A DNA stretch of 64,000 nucleotides from an uncultured Spirochaetales bacterium. GTDB taxonomy: Bacteria > Spirochaetota > Spirochaetia > SZUA-6. A program made the position numbers and the translations under genes. The stretch is taken from contig CAZQTC010000007.1 in NCBI GenBank assembly GCA_964596425.1, forward strand, positions 10,294 to 74,293, read 5' to 3'. Position 1 is the first letter of the stretch. The number at the start of each line of letters is the position of its first letter. Below, one piece after another: positions 18,970 through 29,429 of the stretch. The notes beneath the pieces were generated by a model. That model worked only from the letters and a program-made list of their open reading frames with translations. It searched no databases and had not been told where the DNA came from.

Positions 18970-20369
18970 GAATATTAATCGTAGACGACAACAGAGATGT
19001 AATAACCAGTATAGACAACGTCTTATCGGAGGACACTATCATAGGGGCAGGTTCCTTCAAAGAAACAGAGAAAATACTCAGAGAATACGGTGAAAAGAAT
19101 ATAGACGTCGCAATAATAGACGTGGTATTAAAAAACGAGGATGGTATCGATATACTAAAACATATAAGGGAAAACTATCCGTCCATACAATGTGTAATGA
19201 TATCCGGTTACTCCACCGTGGAAAAAGCGGTGGAATCCATAAAACTAGGTGCCTTCGATTTCCTCGAAAAACCCATATCCTATCAGAAACTCAAAGTAAC
19301 TCTAAAAAATGCCATAGAGAGAAAAAAATATACACGCCTCCTCGTACGTGAGGTAGATAGATACGCACTGATAGGGGAATCGCCCACAATAAAAAGGATA
19401 AACTCCCTGATAGAAAGAGCTGCCACCACGGACTTACCCGTTTTGATAGTAGGAGAAAGCGGAACGGGAAAGGAGAACGTAGCCCACCTTATACACCTAA
19501 AGAGCTCTCGCTTTGCAAATGAAATGGTAGAGCTAAACTGTGCATCAATTCCGGAGAGCCTATTCGAGAGCGAGTTATTCGGTTACGAAAAGGGCGCCTT
19601 TACAGGTGCAATCGGCAAAAGAACGGGCAAACTGGAACAGGCCAATGGGGGTACGTTATTTCTCGACGAGATAGGAGAGCTTCCCCTTTCGCAACAGGCA
19701 AAGCTTTTAAGAGTACTGGAAACAAAAAGTTTTACCCGCCTGGGAGGAGAAAAGAGTATAACAACCGATTTCAGGCTGATAAGTGCCACGAACAGGGACC
19801 TGGGGGAAATGGTAAAAGAGGGAGATTTTAGAGAAGACCTCTTCTTTAGGATAGGGGTAATTCTAATAGAAATCCCCCCTCTAAGGGAGAGAAAAGAAGA
19901 TATAGCACCACTGGCCCGTCACTTTCTCAACGAAATCGCAGAGAGCGAGAGGGTAAAAATTACCCTCTCGAAAGATGCCATAGAGCTTTTAAAATCCATA
20001 CCACTAAGGGGTAATGCAAGACAACTCAAAAACATCATACAGAGAGCCTTCGTACTATCAAACTCAGATCGCCACAACCGAGAGATAACAAAAGAGTGTC
20101 TTCTGGCAATTCTCTCACCCACAGAGAAACCCTCCCCGACAAGCTTGGGTTTTTCCACCACTGCGGACTCCCAAACTTATCGTGATATATTCGAAACCAC
20201 AATGCCCATATCCGAGGCAAAAAAGTTACTAGAAAAAAAATATATAGAAACCCAACTAGGCCTCCACGGGGGAAACATATCAAAAACAGCAATAGCACTC
20301 GGGATACTCCCCGGAAACCTTATGCGAAAGATGAAAAGTTTAGGGATCAAAATAAAACATAGTCATTAA
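18966..20369 (+). CDS. Sigma-54-dependent response regulator (NtrC/NtrX-like)
   Basis: ATGA overlap with the kinase gene. Receiver domain (MRILIVDDN...IIDVVL). AAA+ core [15 protein letters not shown] with GAFTGA. C-terminal HTH ([24 protein letters not shown]). Confidence 0.9.
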   Translation: MRILIVDDNRDVITSIDNVLSEDTIIGAGSFKETEKILREYGEKNIDVAIIDVVLKNEDGIDILKHIRENYPSIQCVMISGYSTVEKAVESIKLGAFDFLEKPISYQKLKVTLKNAIERKKYTRLLVREVDRYALIGESPTIKRINSLIERAATTDLPVLIVGESGTGKENVAHLIHLKSSRFANEMVELNCASIPESLFESELFGYEKGAFTGAIGKRTGKLEQANGGTLFLDEIGELPLSQQAKLLRVLETKSFTRLGGEKSITTDFRLISATNRDLGEMVKEGDFREDLFFRIGVILIEIPPLRERKEDIAPLARHFLNEIAESERVKITLSKDAIELLKSIPLRGNARQLKNIIQRAFVLSNSDRHNREITKECLLAILSPTEKPSPTSLGFSTTADSQTYRDIFETTMPISEAKKLLEKKYIETQLGLHGGNISKTAIALGILPGNLMRKMKSLGIKIKHSH

Positions 20370-20707
20370 CCTATAGCAACAGAGCCTGTCTCTCCGCTCC
20401 TTATCCTTATACACTCTGTCAGGGGGAGAATAAAAATCTTACCATCCCCTATCTTATTTGTTCTCGCTCCCTTTATTATCGCGTTAACCGTAGGTTCAAC
20501 AAAATTCTCATTTACGGCTATCTCAATTCTCACCTTCTTTAAAAGATTAACCTCTACTGCAACCCCTCTGTATGATTCGGTATACCCCATCTGTTGTCCG
20601 CATCCCAATGCGTTAGTAATCGACATCTTCTTAACATCCGCCTTATAGAGCTCTTGCTTTACAGCATTAAGCTTATGAGGCTGAATATAAGCAATTATGA
20701 GTCTCAT
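20366..20707 (-). CDS. glnK: Nitrogen regulatory protein P-II (GlnK-type)
   Basis: Full-length P-II match ([20 protein letters not shown]...T-loop GYTESYRGV...B-loop [10 protein letters not shown]). Its stop codon overlaps the stop codon of the convergent regulator gene within TTAA at 20366-20369. Confidence 0.9.
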   Translation of the reverse strand: MRLIIAYIQPHKLNAVKQELYKADVKKMSITNALGCGQQMGYTESYRGVAVEVNLLKKVRIEIAVNENFVEPTVNAIIKGARTNKIGDGKIFILPLTECIRIRSGETGSVAIG

Positions 20708-20727
20708 CTGTAAAAAACCTCCTCAAT

Positions 20728-21978
20728 TCACATGTTCTGGAATATCTGAAATCCACTATATGCCTCGAGTCCATGCTCATCGATGTCCAACCCTCTGAGT
20801 TCTTCATCTTCATGGACTCTAAGCCCCACGGTGAGTTTTATAGAGTAGAAGAGAAGCGTCGTGGTAAGGATTACCCATACAAATACAGAAAATGCACCGA
20901 GAGCCTGAATTCCAAGCTGCCTAAATCCACCACCGAAAAAGAGTCCCTTCATACCAGGTGTATTTGCAAACAACCCAACGGCAAGGGTTCCCCACACACC
21001 ACACACACCGTGAACAGAAACAGCACCAACAGGGTCATCTATATGGAAGATCTTATCTATTATTTCGATAGAGATTACTACAAGAAAACCCGCAACAACC
21101 CCTATAACCACAGCATCAAATGGAGTAACAACTGCACATCCCGCTGTTATACCGACAAGACCTGCAAGCACACCGTTTAGCGACATGCTGGGATCTGGTT
21201 TACCGTAGAGAAACCAGGAGAGAATCATAGCGGACAAAGCACCCGCCGAAGCTGCAATAGTAGTTGTAACTATTATAAGGGGAATTCTAGAATCAAAGGC
21301 GCTTAACGTACTTCCACCGTTAAAACCAAACCATCCAAACCAGAGAATAAAGACCCCCAGAGCCGCCAGGGGCATGTTATGACCTCTAATCGCCTTTACC
21401 TCCACCTTTCCGTTTAACCTTACATACTTACCTATTCTAGGCCCAAGAACCACAGCCCCCATCAGAGCTGCCCATCCACCTGTTGAATGCACAACCGTAC
21501 TCCCTGCAAAATCAAAAAACCCAAGCTTATTCAGCCAGCCATCACCAGACCATATCCAGTGACCCAACACCGGATAGATAAAACCCGAGATAAATACACT
21601 GTAGATTAAATATGAAACAAATCTGGTTCTCTCCGACATAGCGCCGGAAACGATGGTAGCGGCAGCTGCAGCAAAGACAACCTGAAATATCCAATTTTTC
21701 AATGTAGCATGAGTGGCACTGGAAAATAGAAACCCCTTTGTCCCAATAAAACCACTGACAGAACTGTTAGGAGAATGCCCATACATTATCCCCCACCCAA
21801 CAAACCAGAAAACTATCGCCCCTATGGAAAAATCCAGAAGATTTTTCATGATTATATTATTTGCATTCTTTGCCCTGGTCAGACCCGTTTCCACCATCGC
21901 AAAACCAGCCTGCATAAAGAAGACCAGGGCTGCAGCTATTATTACCCAGAATGTATTAACCGCCTCTGTTACACTCAT
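20728..21978 (-). CDS. amtB: Ammonium transporter Amt
   Basis: Canonical Amt N-terminus and TM pattern (MSVTEAVNTFWVIIAAALVFFMQAGFAMVETG). The true start is probably the second ATG (21978). The first ATG (21993) is followed by GGGAGGAG, which serves as the RBS for the second. Confidence 0.9.
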   Translation of the reverse strand: MSVTEAVNTFWVIIAAALVFFMQAGFAMVETGLTRAKNANNIIMKNLLDFSIGAIVFWFVGWGIMYGHSPNSSVSGFIGTKGFLFSSATHATLKNWIFQVVFAAAAATIVSGAMSERTRFVSYLIYSVFISGFIYPVLGHWIWSGDGWLNKLGFFDFAGSTVVHSTGGWAALMGAVVLGPRIGKYVRLNGKVEVKAIRGHNMPLAALGVFILWFGWFGFNGGSTLSAFDSRIPLIIVTTTIAASAGALSAMILSWFLYGKPDPSMSLNGVLAGLVGITAGCAVVTPFDAVVIGVVAGFLVVISIEIIDKIFHIDDPVGAVSVHGVCGVWGTLAVGLFANTPGMKGLFFGGGFRQLGIQALGAFSVFVWVILTTTLLFYSIKLTVGLRVHEDEELRGLDIDEHGLEAYSGFQIFQNM

Positions 21979-22038
21979 GTTGACTCCTCCCATAGATTTT
22001 ATAAATTTTTAGCCTTAACCTTAATTTTCCCATTTAAC

Positions 22039-22056
22039 GTGCACAAAATATGCCAA
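22039..22056 (-). promoter_or_regulatory. Sigma-54-like promoter TGGCAT-N5-GTGCA upstream of amtB-glnK
   Basis: Minus-strand reading TTGGCATATTTTGTGCAC. The GG-N10-GC spacing is correct. There is one mismatch in each element relative to TGGCAC-N5-TTGCA. Confidence 0.45.
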
Positions 22057-22233
22057 TCGCAGGCCATAGAGGAGGAAATATTCTTTCCAGCAATAGACAG
22101 ATTAGAGGAGAAGTTATAATTATTTACCTAAAGAATAATTATGTGCGAGTTTAATACTGTAAATCTTTTCATATACTTTTGCGGTTATACTTTTACTGTT
22201 GCGCACGAAAGGCAGCTTCACTATTATGGAAGA

Positions 22234-24474
22234 ATGGAAAGGATTGCTAGATTCATCGTTAGACACTCAAAAAAAATAATAGCTCTAACCATTATCATCA
22301 ACCTTCTAGCCGCAGCCTCACTGATAAGAGCACGAATAGACGTATCGGTAGAATCCTTCTTTAAACTAGGCGACAAATACACCAGAGCTCTAAGCAGGAT
22401 AACCAAGAAGTACGGGGGAATCGATACCATTCAAATCGTTCTTTCGTCAAATACATCGCTATTAACAGAAAAGAATCTCTTATCGTTATGGAGATACCAG
22501 AAAAAGATAACAGCAGTAAAGGGAATTGTTTCCGCTATATCATTCATTCCTCAGACAATCCCCGCTACCTATCCGCCCTTAAAAACCAACGAAAGCCTCT
22601 TAAAAAAATACTATAGAAGGATTGCCAGAATCGTATCTAAAGGGGGAGGCCTCTTTCCTCTATTTATATCAACAGACAAAAAAACAGCAATAGTACAGGT
22701 TAGATTGAAAGAGAACCAGGACAAGTACAAACTCTTAAAAGAAATCAAATCCATACAAACACCTGTAGGCATGAAAGCCCGTTACACAGGTACAGTCGTC
22801 ATATACGACACACTCTGGCATTTACTTCTTAGGATACTTCTGGTTCTTCCCCCTGCCGTAATCATAATCCTCCTGACAATCTTCTATTTAAACATTAGAG
22901 ACAGAAAACATACCCTCTTTGCACTACTCCCCGCGGGGTTTGGTGCATTGTGGGTCTTTGGTACGATTTTCTGGCTGGGCATTCCTCTAAACCTTATACT
23001 AATCGTAACCCCTATATTTGTAATTATAATGGGCTCGGCGGACGGACTTCACTTTGTAATACACTATCTGGAAAACATAAACGCCCTAAGAGAGAAACAA
23101 TCCAAAGAAACCTCCGCTACATACCCAAAGGTTACATACTCAAAAACTATCAAAGAACGGGCGATAGCAAAGACTTTAAGAGAGGTAGGTATCCCGATGA
23201 TCCTTACCTCATTAACAACTATGCTGGGATTTCTCTCTCTTGCCGTGTCTAAAATAGTATCACTTAAATACCTGGGATTATTCACCGCCATTGGAATTGC
23301 CTACGCAGGGATTGTATCGTGGCTATTCCTTCCTGCAGTTCTCTCGCTTGCAATACCCAGGGTTAATCTTGAAAGAAAAAAATTGGGGGAACATATTCTT
23401 GTGTGGTTAAACTGGCTAATAAAACACCCGGTACTCCCCGTTTCCATCTTCTTGTTAATTGTAGCTCTTTCCGCAATAGCCATTCCACATCTAACGGTAT
23501 ACTCAGATCAACTCTTGTTCTTTAAGAAACACTCCCGAATAAGGAAAACCTTTGCCTATGTGGAAGAGAAATTTGGTTCAAGTCAACCGGTAATAGGCGA
23601 AATAAAACTTAACACCGACCTGTGGAAGCGGGGGGAGATGCAAAGGATATATAAGATAGAGAGAGAACTGGAAAAAATTAAAGGTATCTATAGAGTCTAC
23701 TCTATAATTGACGCCTTAAAATGGAACTATGAGGTACAGGTGAAAAAAGAGGGATTTCCACCCCCGCTTCTTGTAAAATTAATGCTAAAAATGTTTCCCC
23801 AAGGCAAAAACATGGTAAAGGACAACGGGGTTCTCCTATTTATCGTACCCAGAAACTGGAACAATGAGAGTGCGGACAGGCTTATGCAATATGCCTCCAA
23901 ACACAAAAATCTTACCGTTACAGGGATCCCCATTCTTTTTGCACGACTCAACGAACTCGTTGTGGAAACCCAGAAAAAATCCTTTGTAATTACCTTTGTC
24001 GGAATATTTCTAATACTTCTTTTGCTCTACAGAAACCTAAAGTACGCTCTTGTCTCAATGATACCCATAAGTATTACGGTAACGGGTATCTATGGATTAC
24101 TCTATATAACAGGTTTCAACCTAAACCTTCTAACTGTAACCATGTCATCAATCGCCATAGGTGTAGGCATCGACTATGCAATCCACTTTGTCTACCTGAT
24201 TGATTACTACAAGGGAGAGGACTTACGTTACTACGTGGATGCGGCAATGAAATCCTCCGGGATACCCATTCTGGCAAATGCCCTCGGAATATCTGCGGGC
24301 ATGATTGCCATGTTTCTATCCCCCCTGCGTATTCACTTTCAGGTGGGGGTGGTTATGATATTTGCAATGCTTGTAAGTTCACTATCTACCCTCACGATAA
24401 TACCGCTGTTCTTTAAAAAATCCTTTAGCGGCTCATTTGAAAATTCCCCTATCAAAAACCATCTAAAACAATGA
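22234..24474 (+). CDS. MMPL/RND-superfamily transporter (two 6-TM modules with large extracytoplasmic loops)
   Basis: Duplicated TM bundle with sterol-sensing/MMPL-like conserved stretches (GSADGLHFVIHY; GVGIDYAIHFVY). The likely start is the internal Met MERIARF at 22234, rather than 22141. Confidence 0.7.
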   Translation: MERIARFIVRHSKKIIALTIIINLLAAASLIRARIDVSVESFFKLGDKYTRALSRITKKYGGIDTIQIVLSSNTSLLTEKNLLSLWRYQKKITAVKGIVSAISFIPQTIPATYPPLKTNESLLKKYYRRIARIVSKGGGLFPLFISTDKKTAIVQVRLKENQDKYKLLKEIKSIQTPVGMKARYTGTVVIYDTLWHLLLRILLVLPPAVIIILLTIFYLNIRDRKHTLFALLPAGFGALWVFGTIFWLGIPLNLILIVTPIFVIIMGSADGLHFVIHYLENINALREKQSKETSATYPKVTYSKTIKERAIAKTLREVGIPMILTSLTTMLGFLSLAVSKIVSLKYLGLFTAIGIAYAGIVSWLFLPAVLSLAIPRVNLERKKLGEHILVWLNWLIKHPVLPVSIFLLIVALSAIAIPHLTVYSDQLLFFKKHSRIRKTFAYVEEKFGSSQPVIGEIKLNTDLWKRGEMQRIYKIERELEKIKGIYRVYSIIDALKWNYEVQVKKEGFPPPLLVKLMLKMFPQGKNMVKDNGVLLFIVPRNWNNESADRLMQYASKHKNLTVTGIPILFARLNELVVETQKKSFVITFVGIFLILLLLYRNLKYALVSMIPISITVTGIYGLLYITGFNLNLLTVTMSSIAIGVGIDYAIHFVYLIDYYKGEDLRYYVDAAMKSSGIPILANALGISAGMIAMFLSPLRIHFQVGVVMIFAMLVSSLSTLTIIPLFFKKSFSGSFENSPIKNHLKQ

Positions 24475-24502
24475 GCATTAAGAGAGGAGATATAGCTCCC
24501 AA

Positions 24503-25042
24503 TCAAAACACCTCACGTGTAGCCTCGAGATTTAAAAGGTATCTTTTCTTATCAATTCCGCCCCCGTAATTACCCATAGAGCCATCCCCTTTAATAACCC
24601 TGTGACACGGCACCACTATATCTATTCGATTTTTTCCCACGGCACTTCCCACGGCCCTATAGGCATTCGGATATCCTATACGCCGCGCCACATCCCCGTA
24701 ACTTGCAGTTTCTCCGTAGGGAATATCAAGAAGGGCACTCCACACGGCAATCTGAAAGGGGGTACCAAAAAAGCCAACTGCTAAATTGAATTCCTTACGC
24801 ATTCCCTCGAAGTATTCCACCAACTGACGAGTTATCTCCTCTCCCGCACCATTAGCCTCCTCAACCGGTAACATCTTGTTACACCCGCTCACCCTCGCCA
24901 ACTCTAAGAAGATATCATCGGAAAAAGAAAGCCCCAAAAGGGTTGAATCGCTAGAAACCACAAAAAACATACCACCCAGAGGGGTGGAGATTGAGTCCTT
25001 AAAACAAAGTCCTGTCTTGAGATTACTGTTAATTCTAACCAT
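24503..25042 (-). CDS. ogt: Methylated-DNA-protein-cysteine methyltransferase
   Basis: Active-site PCHRVI motif, and the IPYGETASYGDVARRIG helix-turn-helix DNA-binding segment. Confidence 0.85.
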   Translation of the reverse strand: MVRINSNLKTGLCFKDSISTPLGGMFFVVSSDSTLLGLSFSDDIFLELARVSGCNKMLPVEEANGAGEEITRQLVEYFEGMRKEFNLAVGFFGTPFQIAVWSALLDIPYGETASYGDVARRIGYPNAYRAVGSAVGKNRIDIVVPCHRVIKGDGSMGNYGGGIDKKRYLLNLEATREVF

Positions 25043-25305
25043 AAGACCTTAGTACTCCTCTGTTCTTATAATCATACACAACTATCCTAGAGTGTAGTAC
25101 AACCGCTACATATATAGTATATAGGGTTTGTCAATCCAATCGCCACGTTAAACAGAGAAAGGGGAATTTCTCACCGGCCCATTAATTTAAATGATCAAAA
25201 ACCACTTTTTATAAAAAAAAAATTTGGTAATGATAGAAGAAAGTGTTATTAATTAATACTACTACATTAAAGTCAAATTAGAAACGGAAATAAAACAGAA
25301 AAATT

Positions 25306-25734
25306 ATGACTGTAAAAACTAAACCCTTTAGAGATCAACACGACAAAATTCTCGAAATCACCAGGAAAATCGCCAGGTTTCTCATAGACAACGAAGAACT
25401 AAGCGCAAATTCAAATCATGTAAACAAACTACTTGCTGATCTTTCGCGTAACCTCCAGATCCACTTAACTCTGGAAGACACGGCACTCTATCCTATCATC
25501 TGTATAACCGACGATGCAGAGATGAGAGAATTAGCTGAAAAATATAAAACAGAGATGGGCGACATAAAAAAACTCTGCGTAGAGTATTTCGAAAAATGGC
25601 AAAGCAGCTTTAAGATAAAAAGCAATCCCATGGGATTCATAAAAGAAACCAATACTCTATTCAATTTACTAAACAAAAGAATAGATCTGGAGAACAACGA
25701 ACTCTACAAACGAATAGACGAGTTATTTAAATAA
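25306..25734 (+). CDS. Small hemerythrin-like (HHE cation-binding-like) protein
   Basis: DQHDKILEI resembles the iD.qHk.L hemerythrin N-terminal motif. IHLTLEDTALYP resembles the H..EE....yP second motif. Later His ligands are not evident, so the assignment is tentative. Confidence 0.35.
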   Translation: MTVKTKPFRDQHDKILEITRKIARFLIDNEELSANSNHVNKLLADLSRNLQIHLTLEDTALYPIICITDDAEMRELAEKYKTEMGDIKKLCVEYFEKWQSSFKIKSNPMGFIKETNTLFNLLNKRIDLENNELYKRIDELFK

Positions 25735-25757
25735 GCTCAAACGGGGGTTTACCATCC

Positions 25758-27506
25758 ATGAAACGAAAGTATATCTGGCCACTATACGGCTTTATAGCAG
25801 GAACTCTTTTTTCCTCCCTACAGCTAACCATGATCCTCAAACAATTAAAAATCACGCAAGGGGTTAATATTTTCGCATTTTGGGAGAGACCGGTAGGACC
25901 TATAGTATTAGCAGTTACCTTTTTCATAATAGGGTGGTATCAGGACAAATTAATAAATCAGAGAAAACAGGTTGAACAAAAGAATAAAGAACTTCAAAAA
26001 GCAATGATAGACCAGGCTATGCAGCTCGGGGAAGAACTAAACCGAACAATGGATCAATTAACCAGATATACCGACCAGCTCGATAAGATCGTAAACAATA
26101 TAAACATTGGAATATGCGTAATCAACAACGAGTACAATATTGAAGAGGGATTTAACAATTCACTAATTGATATCTTCGGAGACAAGGATTACCTCCATAA
26201 CTCTATATTTGATACAATATTTAACACAATCAATGAAAACCAAAAGAAGGAAATGAAAGATTTCCTGGAACAGTGCTTCTCCAATGCATTGGCATCGGAT
26301 GACATGCTTAGCGAGGCCAATCCCCTCGAAGAGTTTACATATCTATACCTAGAAAAAGGCAAGGCCATACCTAAAACAATCGTAACAAAGATTGTGCGTT
26401 TCAAGTCGACAGAGGACGAAATAGAAAAAGTGATGTTTCTCTTTGAAGACGTTACCACAGAAAGAGAATTAAAAAAACTGATAAAACAAAAAGAAGAAGA
26501 ATACAACAGGAGCTACGACACAATAGTCTCCCTGCTTAGACATGACACTCAGTTAACAAAACAATTTATCAACGAATTACGAGAAAATATGCAAAGGCTA
26601 AAGACAAGTCTGGATGACCTTAAACAAAACGAAAAAAATATCGAATTAATAAACGACATTATAGCAATAGTACACTCTATCAAAGGAGAGGCTTTTTCAC
26701 TTGACTTCGAAAAACTGGCCGAGGAGGCCTCTCAATTTGAGAGGTTCCTCAAGGAAAATCGAAACAGAACTCTGGATTTAGAGATGAATCTGGGGATACT
26801 CAACCACTACGAAAAACTTAGAAACCAGAGTGCCTCCTACGACAGGATAATAGAAAATATGGCAAACTTTATTTACGGGGAAAAAACAGTAGAGAAACTA
26901 CTCGGAGTGGAAACCCGAGATCGGACAAAACACCAAAACACAAGAGATGATACACTCTCCCTATTGGAGAAGGAACTCCGGATTATAACAGAAAAAACCG
27001 CTAAAGAGAAAGAAAAATCAGTCACTCTTAATTTTGAACACGAGGTTGAAAAAATTGACCCTAAAATCTACAAACCTTTAAAGGAAATTCTGTTACATTT
27101 AATCAGAAACTCAATAGACCACGGAATTGAACATCCCGAGATCAGAAAACAAAAGGGTAAAGATGAATCGGGCAATATCAAAATCACGGTAAAAAGGATA
27201 GACGACAATCTTGTGATAGAGTATAGTGATGACGGAGCTGGACTGGATATAAATCGCATAAAAGAAAAGGCTATAAAAGAAAAAATTGTAAGCGAAGAAG
27301 AAGCCGAAAAAATGAGCAAAGCGGAAATTATTAAACTAATATTCAAAGAGGGATTCACCACAAGTAATAATGCGGATATGATCTCGGGGACAGGCGCAGG
27401 TATGTCAATAGTAAAGAAAAATGTAATAACCCAACTGAAGGGAAAACTAAGTATTTTCAACAGAGGAGGAGAGGGATTCAAACTAAAAATTAATATTCCA
27501 AGTTAA
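25758..27506 (+). CDS. Membrane-anchored CheA-like histidine kinase (TM + sensor region + Hpt/P1 + dimerization linker + CheA-type P4 ATPase), no CheW-like P5 domain
   Basis: Two N-terminal TM helices. The Hpt motif IVHSIKGEAFSL has the phospho-acceptor His. The P4 N-box HLIRNSIDHGIE is CheA-specific. G1 DDGAGLD. G2 GTGAGMSIVK. The protein ends 20 aa after G2, so no P5 is present. Confidence 0.7.
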   Translation: MKRKYIWPLYGFIAGTLFSSLQLTMILKQLKITQGVNIFAFWERPVGPIVLAVTFFIIGWYQDKLINQRKQVEQKNKELQKAMIDQAMQLGEELNRTMDQLTRYTDQLDKIVNNINIGICVINNEYNIEEGFNNSLIDIFGDKDYLHNSIFDTIFNTINENQKKEMKDFLEQCFSNALASDDMLSEANPLEEFTYLYLEKGKAIPKTIVTKIVRFKSTEDEIEKVMFLFEDVTTERELKKLIKQKEEEYNRSYDTIVSLLRHDTQLTKQFINELRENMQRLKTSLDDLKQNEKNIELINDIIAIVHSIKGEAFSLDFEKLAEEASQFERFLKENRNRTLDLEMNLGILNHYEKLRNQSASYDRIIENMANFIYGEKTVEKLLGVETRDRTKHQNTRDDTLSLLEKELRIITEKTAKEKEKSVTLNFEHEVEKIDPKIYKPLKEILLHLIRNSIDHGIEHPEIRKQKGKDESGNIKITVKRIDDNLVIEYSDDGAGLDINRIKEKAIKEKIVSEEEAEKMSKAEIIKLIFKEGFTTSNNADMISGTGAGMSIVKKNVITQLKGKLSIFNRGGEGFKLKINIPS

Positions 27507-27517
27507 AGGGGTCCAAA

Positions 27518-27883
27518 TTGAAGGTACTGGTTGTTGATGACTCATCGATAACACGCAGGGTACTAAAAAACATCCTCAAAGAAAAAAACATTCCGGAGAG
27601 TAGTATTATCGACGCAGCCGACGGGGAAACAGCTCTAAAAATCCTAAATACCCAAAACATAGACCTGTTACTCGTAGACTGGAACATGCCAAAACTGAAT
27701 GGACTCGAACTGGTTAAAATTGTGAGACAAATAGATAAGTACAAAAAATTACCAATTATCATGATCACCTCAGAAGCAGCAAAATACAATGTACTCGAGG
27801 CCGTCAAAGCGGGAGTTTCCGATTATATCGTAAAACCTATAACCGGAATCACGGTGATGAAGAAATTAGATCAATACTTATAG
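27518..27883 (+). CDS. cheY: CheY-like single-domain response regulator
   Basis: MKVLVVDDSSITRRVLKN... LLLVDWNMPKLNGLEL ... K in the AVKAGVSDYIVKP segment. This is the classic CheY signature. Confidence 0.85.
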   Translation: MKVLVVDDSSITRRVLKNILKEKNIPESSIIDAADGETALKILNTQNIDLLLVDWNMPKLNGLELVKIVRQIDKYKKLPIIMITSEAAKYNVLEAVKAGVSDYIVKPITGITVMKKLDQYL

Positions 27884-27984
27884 AATCATTCCCCACTGAA
27901 AAATGAAACAAACTGCGACAAACCATACCGGATTTTCCGGCACCTAAACTCTAACACCCAAAACACAAGTCTCACCTCCGTTCA

Positions 27985-28018
27985 AATAAAAAAGCCCCTC
28001 CACATACAGGAAGGGCTT
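27985..28018 (-). terminator. Rho-independent terminator following tRNA-Phe (minus strand)
   Basis: Minus-strand read AAAGCCCTTCC-TGTATGT-GGAGGGGCTTTTTTATTT: a GC-rich stem with a U-tract. It may also terminate cheY transcription from the other side. Confidence 0.6.
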
Positions 28019-28022
28019 TGTG

Positions 28023-28095
<73 letters not shown>

Positions 28096-28169
28096 TTACA
28101 AAAATGAAAATTAACAACTTCTCGCATAGTTGTCAATACTCCCCGGCCACACCCCATACAACATCAAGT

Positions 28170-29405
28170 TCACACCGACCTAAGCGCTTCAACAGGTTCT
28201 ATCTTAGCCGCCCTTCTCGATGGGATAAAAGACGCAAGAGAGGCAACCACAACGCCATAGACAAACACAAAGAGGGTGGTCTTTAGGTTTACAACCGGAC
28301 GAATAACCCCCGAGACCTCGAAGTTTAGATTTTTAAAGTAATTGGAAAGATCAAAACCATCTTTTACAAAGGGTAAAACAATTCCCATACCAACAAGGGC
28401 ACCTACAAAAGCCGAGATTACCGCTATAAAGAACGCTTCCAGAAAGAACAACATCACTATCTGGGAGGACGTCATACCCATAGCAGCTATCGTCCCTATC
28501 TCGCGGGTTCTCTCGTATATAACCATCATCGTCGTATTAATGATAACCGTAGAACCCAGTATAAAAAATATCAGAGCCATAAATTGGTATGAAAGATTAG
28601 ACATCTTTATAAGGGCATACCACGAACCTATACTCCGCCATGTTCTAACCTCAAGCCTGGTAGCAGGAGATTTCTTACCGAGTAAAGATGCTATCCTCGA
28701 GGCTGTTTCCTGCAATTTTGACCTATCTCTAACAAGGATAAGAATCTCTGTAACAGAGTTTTCCATCTTCAAAAACCTCTGCACCGTTTCCAGGGGGATA
28801 AACAAGAAGCGTTTATTAAAAGAATTAACCTCGAACCTCACAATACCTGTTATTTTAAAACTCATTCTCGAAAGCCTCATGTGCACATCCTTTGAGAGCA
28901 AGGTAATCCTGTCCCCTACAGAAACCCCCATCTCCTTGGCAAGCCCGAAGGAGAGAAGCACCTCTTTTCTACCGGCAACAGGCAAAATACCGCTCTTAAG
29001 ATTTTTACCAAAATTTTGGAAGGCCTCGGCCCGGTTAAAATTCAACCCAACACCTACCACTTTAAAGGTTTTACCATTCCTATATACCGAGGCATAAAAC
29101 TCAATTCTGGGCAAGACCGCCCTTACATTCTCATCCGAATCACATACATCAACCACTCTCTCGTAATCCCCGATCCCCAAGTGCAGGGGATTCAAAACCT
29201 CATACCTGTCATACTTTTCATTACGTATCCTTATATCTCCGGTTATAAAATGCCTTATATTCTTCCCGTAATCCGACATAATTCCATCTTCCACTGAAAA
29301 GAGAATCACAATAGACATAACAGAGATTGCAATAGCCACCCCCGAAAGAATACTTCTTCTCTTATTTCTCCTTATATTCCTGAATGCAATTACGGATATT
29401 CTCAT
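28170..29405 (-). CDS. ABC transporter permease, FtsX/LolE-like
   Basis: MacB_PCD-like periplasmic domain and C-terminal FtsX bundle (ERTREIGTIAAMGMT). Confidence 0.8.
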   Translation of the reverse strand: MRISVIAFRNIRRNKRRSILSGVAIAISVMSIVILFSVEDGIMSDYGKNIRHFITGDIRIRNEKYDRYEVLNPLHLGIGDYERVVDVCDSDENVRAVLPRIEFYASVYRNGKTFKVVGVGLNFNRAEAFQNFGKNLKSGILPVAGRKEVLLSFGLAKEMGVSVGDRITLLSKDVHMRLSRMSFKITGIVRFEVNSFNKRFLFIPLETVQRFLKMENSVTEILILVRDRSKLQETASRIASLLGKKSPATRLEVRTWRSIGSWYALIKMSNLSYQFMALIFFILGSTVIINTTMMVIYERTREIGTIAAMGMTSSQIVMLFFLEAFFIAVISAFVGALVGMGIVLPFVKDGFDLSNYFKNLNFEVSGVIRPVVNLKTTLFVFVYGVVVASLASFIPSRRAAKIEPVEALRSV

Positions 29406-29429
29406 AGTTCTATCTCCTCAATTTTATCT

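Noticed and set aside
28342-29097. 251-aa plus-strand ORF
   Set aside because: It is entirely antisense to the FtsX permease gene 28170-29405, which has clear FtsX motifs. It is a shadow frame.
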